This document shows, piece by piece, positions 12,508 through 24,308 of a stretch of 64,000 nucleotides of DNA. The stretch comes from Ramazzottius varieornatus. Lineage: Eukaryota; Animalia; Tardigrada. Position 1 is the first letter of the stretch, and every line of letters begins with the position of its first letter. The translations under genes were made by a program, and so were the position numbers. The stretch spans positions 5,197,624-5,261,623 of the forward strand of contig BDGG01000001.1 of NCBI GenBank assembly GCA_001949185.1. Reading direction: 5' to 3'. Below the pieces are notes generated by a model. That model saw only the letters and a list, made by a program, of their open reading frames with translations, was not told the origin of the DNA and did no database searches.

Positions 12508-15390
12508 ATGGCAAGGCTGCCGGTCTACAGTTTGGAGTCCATCCCGAAGTTTGCCTGGGTAGATTATGGGGTAAGAGGAAAGTCATGCTCTTCATAATGT
12601 TGCTCACCGAGTAACAGGGGAAATTCCTTTCTATACAGATATTAGGACTAATGCTGACGCTATCCGCGGCGATCGGAATATATCAAGCATGTACCGGAGG
12701 GAAGCAGAAGACAGCCGGAGAATTCCTGTTGGGCAACAGCAAGCTTCACATTGTCCCCGTCACCATGTCTCTTCTAGCCGGCTTCATGTCTGCCGTCACT
12801 CTCTTGGGAGTACCAGCGGAGGTACTGTTAGATGGTTGCTTGTTTCTGATTACTCACGGGGCCATACGAGTTCTCTGACGAAGTTTCACCCGATGAATTT
12901 GTCGTGTCTGTTTATTGTTTCAGACTTATCTGAACGGAATGGGTTACTGGCTGGTCGGCGTGCCTTTCTGCGTCACCATCCCCATGGTCGTCTATATCTA
13001 CGTGCCTATCTTCTACAACCTCAAGTGTATTTCCGTCTTTGAATATTTAGAGAAGCGCTTCTGTCGTTCCATCCGTATCTTCGCCGTGATCCTCTTCGTG
13101 CTCAACACTGTGAGTTACTTCCGGTGGCTCATCAACCTCTTGTTATCTTCCTCTCTGTCCTCATAGCTTTTCTCAAAGAACTTTTTCAGCAGCAAGTATC
13201 ACTCCGTAACAGTAACTTTGTTGTTTTTAGGTAATCTACCTGGCTGTCGTTCTTTATGGGCCGTCAACTGCGCTCAGTGCCGGTAAGGCTGCTCATCCAC
13301 ATTAACTCATAACGTGTACCTACAGTGTCAGACAGATGTCTCGAACTACTCCCATGTCGTCAATAGTCCAATCTTATCTTTCTTTCGTTCGAAAGCGCAG
13401 TGACCCGAATACCGGAATGGATGTGCATATTGATTGTCGGGTCTATCTGCACATTTTATACCTCCATCGTAAGGCTTACTTCCGGTTCAGTGAAACGATT
13501 GTATGCTGTTCGTGATGTCGCTTCGGCGGATTAACCTTTGATAATTGTAGGGCGGCGTGAAAGCTGTGGTATGGACCGACGCTCTCCAGCTTACTTTGAT
13601 GTTCGGTGGTTCCATCACGGTCCTAGCGGTCGCCGTGTACCATGGTGGAGGACCGAGCGAGGTCGTGGAGCTGGCTCAACGATCGGGACGTTTCGATGAT
13701 CTTCACGAGTAAAAACGGACAGAAACGAAATTTCTACGAACTCATTTCATATGTGTAGTTTCTTCCTGCAGCTTTAGTGTGGATCCGAAGGACCGCCATA
13801 CAGTATGGTCCGTCCTGGCGGGCGGCTTTGTCTTATGGGCAGGGACCTACGGCATCCATCAACAACAGGTTCAGCGGTACCTCAGTCTTTCCTCAAGAAA
13901 AGAAGCTCAGCTTTGTCTGTGGCTGAGCTTGCCTGGCTTTCTTGCCTTGATGAGCATCGTCTGCTGGACAGGTATGGCTTTTTACGCCTACTTCCGGTTC
14001 TGCGATCCCATGTGGCAAGGACTCATCTCTTCCGCCGACCAGATGTTGCCGCTCTTCACAATGGAAACACTGGGCCACTGGCCAGGTAATTGTTCTGAGT
14101 TTAGACATCGCCGTAAAACACGATGTGTTCTTGGTCGTCACTGCTCCATATTGATTCGGTTCGTCCGAGAAACATATTTAGTTGTTCTTGCAGGAGTACC
14201 AGGCCTGGTAGTGGTGGGAGTCTTCAGTGGATCACTCAGTTCTATCAGCTCCGGGCTGAATTCCTTAGCTGCTTTATTGCTGGAAGATTGTTTCAAGCTG
14301 ATCAAGCCGACTTTGTCGTCCACAGCCCAGATAAGGATATCCAAGTCAGCCGGTAAGTTTATACGAACTTCCGGTTCATCCCCTCTCATTATATCCAGTA
14401 TTACAGTCTCGTCCTTGGCTACATCTCTGTCGTGATTTGTAGCAGTGGGATTTGGACTTTGCAGTATCGGTCTGGCCTTTCTCGTCTCACAAGTTGGCGG
14501 CATCATTGAGGTAGCTTCGTCAAAGCTTTTGTCGGTTTCTACTGGTGGGTCTGCCGAATCTGCGTCCGTCAAACGACAATCTCTCCGCATGGTGTTTTGC
14601 AGTTTGCGAACTCCCTGTATGGAATGCTGAGTGGCCCTTTGCTCGGGCTATACGTTTTGGGAATATTCTTTCCCTGCACGAGTTCTAAGGTACCCAGTCG
14701 TCAGTCGTTTTTCGGATTCCTTATCCGTGTTCCTCTCGTGTAGGGCGCAGCTACAGGATACGTCGCAGGCCTCATCACGACTTTGTGGATCGGTATTGGA
14801 GCCAAGCTGACGCCGACGATGTATCCGCAGCCCATCCGTGGGCTCTACACCGACCCTGCCACTTGTCCTCACATAAAAGGAAGCTATCCCACGATCAAAG
14901 ATATCGACCTTCACAAGTACGGTAATCTAGAAACCGACCTCTCAAGCCGCACCTTTTGTCTCTTCCAACCTTCTGTTTTTTTATTGCAGTGCGGACATAC
15001 CGGACATTTTCCAGATATCGTATTTCTGGTAATTTCTTCAAATAGCTTCGGACTGTGTTAATAGTGAAGTTATACGGAGCATTTTGCTGCTCCTGCAGGT
15101 ATGGTCCGATCGGAGTGACCGTCACAGTAGTGATCGGTGTACTAAGTAGTTTACTTACCGGAAGAACGAAAGGCGAGGACATCGACCCAAGACTGATGTA
15201 TCCGCTCTTCTCCAGACTGGCCTTTTTCTTGCCGCACCATGTTAGGAAGAAGCTAGAGTTCGGAGTACCCTATGACAAACTTAGTGCCAATTCGGAGGTG
15301 GATGCCTCGGCTTTCCACCTTGAGACAGATTTTATTACAGCGGGCCGGCTCCCACCCTCCCCAGCATTCGTCGTCAAGAGAGATAGATAG
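12508..15390 (+). CDS. SLC5 sodium:solute symporter, tandem paralog 2
   Basis: MARLPVYSLESIPKFAWVDYG | ..EFLLGNSKLHIVPVTMSLLAGFMSAVTLLGVPAE, GGVKAVVWTD, YGIHQQQVQRYLS, SGSLSSISSGLNSLA. Exon-by-exon similarity to paralog 1. Confidence 0.93.
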
Positions 15391-15619
15391 TCCGGAAAAG
15401 ACGCAAAACCAGTCGCGAAAGTTATGAAAGTTCGGGAGGTTTGACTTTCACTATAAGTGCTCAACATGCAAATCTGATTCTACGGCTGCTTTTCGCTTTC
15501 GTTGTTACTTATTAGCGATTCGACTCTGAAGGGTTAAAACAATTTGCCATTTGCAGAAAGAGCAATCGGTTTTTTTTATTTGATCGTAAAATCCCACAAA
15601 GTGAAACTTCGAGAAGAAG

Positions 15620-17745
15620 AGCTTGCGTTATGAAATCCTGGAAGACACTACAGGAACCGGAAGTGACGTCAAAATCTGGGCGGTACACACCTATAAATTT
15701 TATCGACCTCACGTATTATGCGAAACTCAACTTCAGATAGTCAAGGAAGGTAAATCTTACAGAAATGATATTCTTCGTAGAAGTAGTGGAAGCATAGAGG
15801 AGCTTTACACCATCGACATTTCAGAAGCAAGGAACGCTCACATTTATCATGGTCACAACGACCAGTCAGTCCTTGGAAGCAGAATTCTGTGGGGTTAACA
15901 TATTCTACGGACCTGTCGACAGAACCTGACAAATGCCAAGCTTGAGCAATGAGGTTAGAAAATCTAGGAGAAGTAAACTGCTGGTAAATCAGGGACGGCA
16001 TTTTCAATATGACGTCGCGATGGTGGACTTGAACCGGCTGATTGTTCAAGAATATCCAGTTCGAAACCTTCCTGAAATACCCCTTGTACATCCGGAAGCA
16101 AAGAACGTCCAATGGCTGAATCTGACCGGTGACTTTAGGTGGTATAGTGATCATTTCATATTCCAGTTCTGCCGGTTTGACTTCATCTACGGCTTCTTGG
16201 TCAGAAAACGTCGACCACGAATCATCAAGGAATATACAGTGCTGATTCATGTGCGGAAAGAAAACCTTCTCGCACCATTCAATGTAGAGCTTGGTCATCT
16301 TGCCAGACGTAGAAGCAGTGACATACAAGTGACTAGATTTAAACATGGAATTTTTCACAAGTGGTCCGAGGATTCCTTTGGGTTCTTGCAGCATGATGAA
16401 GAGAACGGGCAGAAACTTGCGGACACCTGGTGAAACGCACATCATAACCGTGTAGCAGTGAGTCATCGAGTTCTGAGAGTGTGTGAGTGCTGAAACGTGC
16501 TTTGCACCGACGAAATCCAGAGTTCGACCTGGTCTCATCTCGTACTCGAATCCACTCTGATCAGCATTCCAGAGACAGTCTTTCCCGTACGCCTAGACTC
16601 TTTCTCTGTCCACAGCAACGCACTCTTCGGCACTCTTCTTCCTGTCCGGTACTTCTTTCAGGTACTTTTCGGTGACACACTTCGTGATTTTCTGTCGCAG
16701 ATGTTATAGTACCTACAAACGAGCGGTAAGACCACAAACGTCAAAAACTTGAACGTTATTGAGTGAATGATCATGTCTGGCATTATCCTTACTTTTTAAA
16801 CTTTCCAACCCAATGAGAAGCTGTGAAACCGTAAAGCCCAATCTCACGGTTGGCTGTAACTGTTCAGGCTTTTGCTTGGCAAGGAAGAACTTCTCTCCTG
16901 TCTCCAGTCGTATCGTTCCACGAGCCTCCTTCTCCAACGTGATCTCTATATTCTTTTAGCTGGCGAGTACTGGTAACTTCCCTAAACTTGTCCTGCACAC
17001 TGCCCAGGCTACGACGCTTCTTGGAAGAGACATTGGTCCAGTAACCAACAACACGTTTTTTGTAGGCAAAATCAGCAGCCTCGTTTGGTGCCACTTTCGG
17101 ATTCGGGATTCGGGGTACAGACACCTCATGGGAAGAAGGTTCTGTTCCACTTGAAGCAGGTTGGTAAGGCGATCATTCGGAGTGGATTCGAAGTCTGCTT
17201 CGCTGTCCATGGAACAGATTGGTTTCAGCGATAGACTTTTCCAGCTGATCGAACGCCGACACGCCAATCGGGAGCTCATACTGAAGATCTTCTTCAGTGG
17301 CCGATATCGGACTTCCAGCTTGGTCGATCTGGACGTCCAATAAGTCTGTATGCACAAGACCAGACCTGAGATATGCTTTAGGAAATCGACATAATTGTAG
17401 AAGTTTACAGTACTCGTACCTTTGATGAGTGTCTTCAACATCTTGTTAGATTCGCTCGGAGAGTCGCTCAGTTATAAATGTTGCTCGTAGTCCGACAGCA
17501 GTAGGTTTAAAATGTTGAGGGTATTAACGGATTCCATGGCGCTATCGGGAGGAGCAGAAGAGAGGAAAGAAAACTTCTCCGCACAAGTGATTAGCTTGTA
17601 TTCTAAAGCATAGCGCAACTTTGTCAATCAACAACGAATAACAACACTGAAATCAAACCGCTTGATTGAATAAACCATGTACCGCCCAGATTTTGACGTC
17701 ACTTCCGGTTCCTGTAGTGTGTTCCAGGATTTCATTGCGCAAGCT
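15620..17745 (-). mobile_element. DNA transposon with ~66-bp TIRs and a frameshifted DDE transposase (Tc5/pogo-like)
   Basis: Near-perfect inverted repeats at 15620-15686 and 17678-17745 (..gaaatcctggaa..cactacaggaaccggaagtgacgtcaaaatctgggcggtac). Internal ORF 15741-16538 has THCYTV, STSGKMTK, IFLDDSW, IPPKVTGQIQPLDV and a C-terminal Cys/His cluster. The upstream coding part is broken by stops and frameshifts. Confidence 0.88.
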
Positions 17746-17925
17746 ACGCCTGTTTCAGACGATAGAGCAGACTCTTCTCCATCATTCTATCGTGTCAGAA
17801 TATTTCAGGAAGACGGAGGACAAGCCTCCCGTTAGCCGTGTGGTGATCCTTTTCCAGCACCACTGTGAAAACAGAAAGAAATTCAACCTAACTTCGAGAC
17901 ATTGCCCGAACAGCTGAACTTATAC

Positions 17926-18206
17926 TCGATGGACATTCCGGCGTTGACACACTTTGTATAGCGGCACATCAGGCACCGGTTCTTGGTGTAAACGTTGACC
18001 ACACAGCTTTCCTACATTTTACATCTGTGTTGCAGGCCTTCCTGTTGCGTCCTTCGGAAGAAACCCTACAAGGAAGATATGACAGTTTCAAAATCCTCTT
18101 ATGAAACCCAAAGCGTACGCCAGATGAGATAGGAAGTCACAAGACGTACATTACAACCTTCGCAAGTCAAGGCTCGGTGGTGGTATTCGGCTGCGGCGTC
18201 ACCGCA
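17926..18206 (-). pseudogene. Nuclear hormone receptor DNA-binding domain fragment
   Basis: CGDAAAEYHHRALTCEGCN | intron | GFFRRTQQEGLQHRCKM*ESCVVNVYTKNRCLMCRYTKCVNAGMSIE: a C4 zinc-finger pair with an in-frame TAG and missing its first Cys. Confidence 0.85.
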
Positions 18207-19330
18207 TGACATTCGGCAAGGCTCGGTCAGAAGCAAGATTTCGTACGTCAGAAGCAAGATTTTGTACGTCTTGAAGCCTAGGTATCGCAAGACATCGAAC
18301 CAGACTAACAGATTCCCCAATACCCAACAGCATACCACAGGTTATGTACTGGGAGAGTTCAGTAATGGTGGCCGAGGAAATACGCAGCTTAACCACCGTT
18401 CCGCAGATGGTCAGAATGCCGTTGACAACAATCATGACATACCAAAGGCTGATGAATTCCATCCGCTCGTCTTAGGTCAGCTCTACACCGAGCTGCGTCC
18501 AAAAGAAACACTACCTACAAGATGGGCCAAAATAGATATCAGAAGAAAATTGCCTAAGTATAAAACACTTGCTAGAAGCTCGGAAAACAACCGACAATGA
18601 TTTTTCTCCAAGTGACACATATTATTCGTATGTTTGGCTGTAAGGGTGCGCCACTTGTGAAAGGAATCTTGTCAGATTCGTTCATATCATCAAGTGGCGC
18701 AAGTTTGCAGTGATATTGGGTGGAGGCGTGCGCCTCTTGGGAAAAACGATCTGGTTGAGTTCGTTTGCCCAGCCTCCAGATGTTCTAGACTGATATTCAA
18801 GAGACAGAACCTGCCTTTCAAAACTTCAGCATTGTATGAAGCCCGAAGGCATAACAGGAGCGAAGCGATGCAGACGACAAGAATGGAAGCGTCCAAGACA
18901 TCCACGAGGATATCCCACACTGAGTCGGTATCGTCGAACAGGAGCTTCCGTTGCACGGAACGACATGAGCGTCCATGTCCAGGTTCACGGGAATCTGTCC
19001 GTTGTGTCCAGTGTTATCGAAGTATACCTGCAAGAAGGGGTACGATGGGTCGAGGCAAACTTTCACGCCACGTCCGGTTTGAGTTAAGAAGCTTACAATG
19101 ACATGGAAAACGTAGCAGCCAGGTTCGTCTTCGGGATCGTCCGCTTGCAGGGCTACTGACCGGAAAGTAAATAGCAGCTTGGTATGATGAGGCACTGTGG
19201 GTGAAGTGCAGTATTGGATCCAGGAGCGTTCTGGTGGGCTGCGTCTATCGTCCACCGGAAATATCTGCCCCAGCGACTCAAGAGCTGTTCAGCCGAGCCG
19301 AGTCCATTCTTCTGCGCAATACTGGACAAG
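18201..19330 (-). pseudogene. Mucolipin (TRPML) internal fragment, intron-containing and frameshifted
   Basis: PGCYVFHVI | VYFDNTGHNGQIPVNL, ILVVCIASLLLCLRA, EFISLWYVMIVVN, LLGIGNLLVWFDVLRYLGF and RALPNVMR match TRPML luminal and TM motifs. Several frameshifts and a 21-bp tandem duplication at ~18226-18270. Confidence 0.85.
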
Positions 19331-19549
19331 ACTAAGTGTTGATGAAAGGCCTAAACATCGACATGGCCACAAGTCGTCACCAGCTGGAGCCATGCCTTCC
19401 ATAACGTGGCCGGCCTGTCAACTAAAGTCAACGCCACACCCGCGTCGCGCACTGGAAGTGCCAAGATGGCACGAGCACCAGCTCCAGAACGCTGATCGAC
19501 GTCTTCCTCTGTAGTCCTGCGGCGAACCACAGCTTCGAGTCTCCAACGG

Positions 19550-20631
19550 ATGTAAGCATTTCTGACCATCGTATGATTAAGACCGTCTCTAATTACAGGT
19601 GTGGGTTCCTGTCCACAAGACCATCACTGTCATCGACTGGCGAAGAGGCAACATCGAACAGCTGGTATCAGAAACTCGCTAATTGACAAGCCATCCCGTC
19701 CTGCATTAACTGAACATCGACCAGCTACAACAGGTCCTGTCCTCTCTTGTTACTGGTCTGTTCGACGCCATCGGGCGCCACTTTCCGAAGTGCTCTGTTC
19801 GAGTATCGCAGCGCGATTCTCCCTGGATAAATTCACGCATCACGGGTATGGTGGGCAGACGAGACGCAGCCTACCGTCGATGGAAGATGTCTAGCCCCGA
19901 CCAACAACAATTCCACCACGATAACTTTCGCCAGCTTCGTCAGTTCTTACGGAGGGCAACGTCCAAGGCAAAGTCTCTCTGGTTCGCCAACAACCGACAC
20001 AACCCCATTTGGCAGAACATCAACCGGATTTCCAATCGAGATGTAAGAGTAGCTGCGCCCATCAATATCGACATCAATACTCTCAACAAACACTTCGTCG
20101 AGATGGGTCAGTACGGCACGACACACGATGAAATGTCACCTCCTTCCGCCAGAAGTTACACGACCAATTCCCCACATCTCTACACATTTGAGCCTGTCAT
20201 ACCATCAGCTGTGTTCATTTTACTCCACAAAATGTCAGGTGGGAAGAAGACCAGCGGTCCATGGGGCATTCCACACCGCCTGCTACGGTTCTGACTTTCT
20301 AAATCACGGAGCCCTTACAACCTCATCAACCAGTGCCTCCACAAGGGTAAGTATCCCGACATCTTCAAGGTAGCGGCCATTACTCCAATACCAAAGAACG
20401 CTGCAGCAAACCCTCCCAATCACTTTTGGCCCATTTCCCTCATCGCGAACCTCTCCAAGGTAGTCGAGAAAGTCGTACAAAGCCAGCTCGTGCATCATGT
20501 GAAGGAGTTCAACTTTCTCTCCCGTAGACAATCTGGCTTCCGAGACGATCGTTCCTGCGAAACGCTGCTTCTAAAGGTAATAAAGTGTAGGAAGAAAGCG
20601 ACCGACCAAAAGAAATACGTGGCAGTAGCAT
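19550..20631 (+). mobile_element. Degenerate non-LTR retrotransposon (LINE) ORF2 fragment, endonuclease end to RT N-terminus
   Basis: ISDHRMI, PWINSRI..RRDAAYRRWK, LNKHFVEMG, SGPWGIP, FKVAAITPIPK, FWPISLIANLSKVVEKVV, QSGFRDDRSCET; broken by frameshifts and truncated before the catalytic motif. Confidence 0.85.
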
Positions 20632-22199
20632 GATCGGGTATCCAATTATTGTTCTGTCTGAAATCAAAGCGCTTTTGGACAGGCTTAGGAAAACGTGGGT
20701 GGGGCAAGGCTTTTCGCAAAAACTTGGTTCGCGGAAATTGGACAACTTTTTCAGATTTTGGGAGAACTTCAAAACATTCCGATGTACCTATGTGACAAGG
20801 CCTTGCAAATCCGACACTTGAACAAACCAGTCCAGTGACTGGGCCATACGAAAAGCGGTCTTAAGTAAGAACCCTACGCTTGGAACATTAATTATAATTT
20901 TTTCCACGAGGAGTGGTATACCTGCAAGATGGTCGAATTCGACGGTCTTAATTTATTTATGAACTTAGTTTGACTTTCCTGGGATCTTCTCCATTTTCCA
21001 ACAAGAACCCGGACAGTTTTATCTCCGTTTAAATCAAATCAGGGAAAGATACTCGCGCATGCAGTTCTAGAGTGTCCGGTTTGCTCCTGGCGAATAATCT
21101 TCCTCACCGGAAGTCATTTCAATGAACCTCGCCAACCTGGTTCTCAACGCGGGTCTTAGCGGAATCAGCGTGGAAAGTTGCACAAATTATGTGAAAGAGC
21201 GAAAGAAAAGCAAGCAGTCGGATCTTTCTGCGCCCCAATGTTCCTGGTGGTAGTCACTTGGCCCATCCGCACTGTAGTACTGAGCAAAACGCGCTAACAG
21301 CTTATCAGGCACTGGCGTTTTGTTACCATGTCATCTTGGTATACAACATCAAGCGAGTCAGCCTGGGTGAAAAAGTGAGCAGTATCGCCTGATCGAACGT
21401 AAGAGGTCCCGCCGCTCACCAGAAAGACCTGTAAGCAAACACAGGCCCGTGTTGGCAGTCACAGAAATCTGACATGAGTCGACCTCGGCCAGTACTACGT
21501 CGCTAAAATCCCTGCTCTTCCGTTTCCCTTTCTCACACCTGTCGAATACAACAGGTGCAAAATGCACGTAGGACCAGACGTTGAATTCCTCTTCAGAGGT
21601 TGTCTGTTCTTAGAATAAATCAAGCAATCAATACAGCAAAAGCAGATTGCCGTTTCTGGCTTCGGCCAAGCGGATATAACCCTAGTTTAACGGCAAACGC
21701 CGCCCGTGCGGAGCATCCTGCGACTTGCTGCATTGAACATAAGAGCGCACCCAGAATTCATCAAAATTTGACCGATCCTACGTAAGATTAGGGGATACCC
21801 TGTCGCAAGTACGTGTCACTACGTACTAGCTCCGTCAAGCTAGCCTTTCGTAATATGACCTTCTCACACTTAGAAGGTCGTACTACGTAAGGATGACTCG
21901 GGTTGAGTCATCCTCAACGTCGCTGCGATGTTCTTACAAGGGAACTCTCGTACTTGAGGAGCCACTTGTTGGCTCCTCTTCACCTCTCTCTTAGTTTTAG
22001 TGTCTCTTACCTTAGCATCTCTCTCTCCCCGCTGACCGATTAACACACTTCTCATCATTGATTGGTTGTTATAAGTTGTGGGTCGCTGAGGTCCCGACCA
22101 GCGACAACCCTGCCTCGTCTTCCCAGTTTCCCAGTAACTTTGACAGTGGACGTTTCTCGGCTTCGCTATAGCCAAGGGCCGAACTCTTGAGAGGGATAA

Positions 22200-22758
22200 A
22201 ACAAGACATCAACTCATCAACAGCAGATAGTCTTCCAGCACCAGAAGAAACTATACTTCAGGATTCAGACATTTCGGAGATTTTGGCTTGAGTGTTGGTC
22301 TTGCATGGTTTCCGGCAATAAGTAATACCGCACAGCTTTTCGTTGCGTCTCTGTTCGGAGATAATTTGAAACTGTCGTCAGTAAGGGTTTATTTGGCTGC
22401 AGTGAGCGAGTTTCATTTAGCGTATTTCAAACCTGAACCATGTAATGACATCCAAGTTACTATGAGGCTACAAGGCTCAAAACGATCAAACAAGCACAAA
22501 CCAGACAAGAGAAAGCCCATCACCGTGGAAGTTTTAAAGATTCTGAAGAGTTAGTTACTCACGTCGGAATACAAAGAACACGATAGACTGATGCTGTGGT
22601 CTGTATTCACATTGGCCTTTTTCGGTTTCCTGAGGGTTTCAGAGTTTTTGGTCGAATGCCAGAAGCAAGCCGAGGTTCGTGGTAACAGCGCGATCACGGC
22701 AGAGGACATATTTATCGACGGAGGTGTCAAAGCCACCACCTTGAACGTATCAAAGTAA
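22200..22758 (+). mobile_element. Tyrosine recombinase fragment of a DIRS/Ngaro-type retroelement (pseudogenised)
   Basis: STRRNYTSGFRHF, LFVASL..SVRVYLAAVSEFH, RKPITVEVLK, *, LWSVFTLAFFGFLRVSEF; in-frame stops and 3' truncation. Confidence 0.8.
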
Positions 22759-23004
22759 TATCATGAAGACACTGGCTCAGGCTCATTTACAGTGCGAAAG
22801 CGACTGTAGCGCTTGACATCATGTGCCAAGCTTGATACATTCAGCTACTGATCCGTCCGGGAATTTTCGCGAGCAACGATCAGAAACGTTTGGTCGATTG
22901 CAAATGAAAAAAATCTGTTTATGTCTCAAAAACCGTATCTCGGGAACGCCACCTTAATCTTTGGCCAGAAGTCATCGTTTGGTCTGAAGTCGCCAAAGTT
23001 TGGC

Positions 23005-23940
23005 ATTTAACTATGGGGAAGAAATGCCACCGACCCCTCCCTGGAGCTAAAGAAGAGCCAGCGGGTATGTCGTTCGCTGTAGTACTTCAAAGTGCAATGA
23101 TATGGGACAGGTTTGGGTCCTAGCCAGCGTAAAACAACCCCCGGTCGCGGTTTTTTCTGACTGAGGCTGGCAGCCGGAAACAGCTGATCACTCATTTACA
23201 GTGCTTTCTCGGCCGGGTGTCAGCGAGAGAACTTGATTTCTATCCAGCTGAGATAACAAAGTTTCATTTTTTCCTGCGCTTTTCCTTTGTTGCTCTGGAC
23301 ATGATTCGTATGTATACCCTCTGGACATGATTCGTATGTATAGCCAGCTGGCTCGTATCTATATGTATGTACAGCCAGATGGCTCGTATGTACAGTCAGC
23401 TGGCGCGTATTCATATGTACAGCCAGCTCGGAATCATTACTCGGACGCCGAGAAGCGTAGGATCCTCCATTTATTCAGGAGGTTAATGCCGGATATCCTA
23501 GTCTCAGTGAGGGCGATACTGTTGACGATGATGATAACGGTCTGGACGTAAGTTTCTGTAAAAACTCCTCCTTTCTTCAGTCTGATGATAGCGAGATTGG
23601 TAATAGAAATGGTTCAGATAATTCTGGCGAGTCTGATGAAGAGATGGACGACGAGTAAATTTTGAATTTATGGAGTGTGTGTATAGTACGCTCGAATTAA
23701 TATCAGGGATGGTCGGGCTTGCTGTCGTGGCTTTTAGAGAACGGGCTGTATGATGACGAATAAAAGCGAATTACAGCTGAGCCTACTATGTTTGATCTTT
23801 GCCAGGCGGCAGTTTTACACTCACCGGGACCCAAACCTGTCCCATATCATTGGCACTTTAAAGTACCAACATTAAGTTCACCCCGAAAACTGGTCGATTC
23901 TTCAAACAAGGGGTCACTGGCATTTCTTCCCTATGGTCTG
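23005..23940. mobile_element. Non-autonomous foldback/DNA-transposon remnant with diverged ~125-bp inverted repeats
   Basis: gtacttcaaagtgcaatgatatgggacaggtttgggtcc (~23083-23120) is inverted at ~23828-23867, and gggaagaaatgcca (~23016) is inverted at ~23919. An acidic ORF remnant (DDDDNG..SDEEMDDE*) lies inside. True ends and TSD not found. Confidence 0.6.
23293..23430. repeat. Short tandem repeat cluster
   Basis: ctctggacatgattcgtatgtata occurs twice, followed by about four imperfect copies of cagccagctggctcgtatgta. Confidence 0.7.
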
Positions 23941-24308
23941 CCGAGAGCTAAGAGCCATAGCAATCACTTGAAAGCGCTGATTCTTTTATATCACAATCGG
24001 CGTATGACATGGTCTGATGGTTTCCTTGTAAATCGAGCCTACGGGGACGTCGCTTATGCCTACCCGTAAATTCTACCCGAACGAGGACGTCGCTTCGCAA
24101 GAATTACGAAGCATTACAGTACTGTTTGGTTGGCTATGTGGCAGGGCTACTGCTGCGCACCAAAATAATGTTACCGATTGTGTTGTTGCTATAACAGCTT
24201 TACTTACTGTGATCGTGCGTCCTCCGTTAGGGACATCATTTGGGGCGTAACCAGCGTTTGCCGATGCAGGTTTGCATGTTTCGGGGCTCGTTATATACTT
24301 AGTTTTCA

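Noticed and set aside
21800-22145. Possible solo LTR (TGT..ACA, purine-rich tract before, TGG after)
   Set aside because: No target-site duplication, no second copy in the window and no convincing tRNA primer site.
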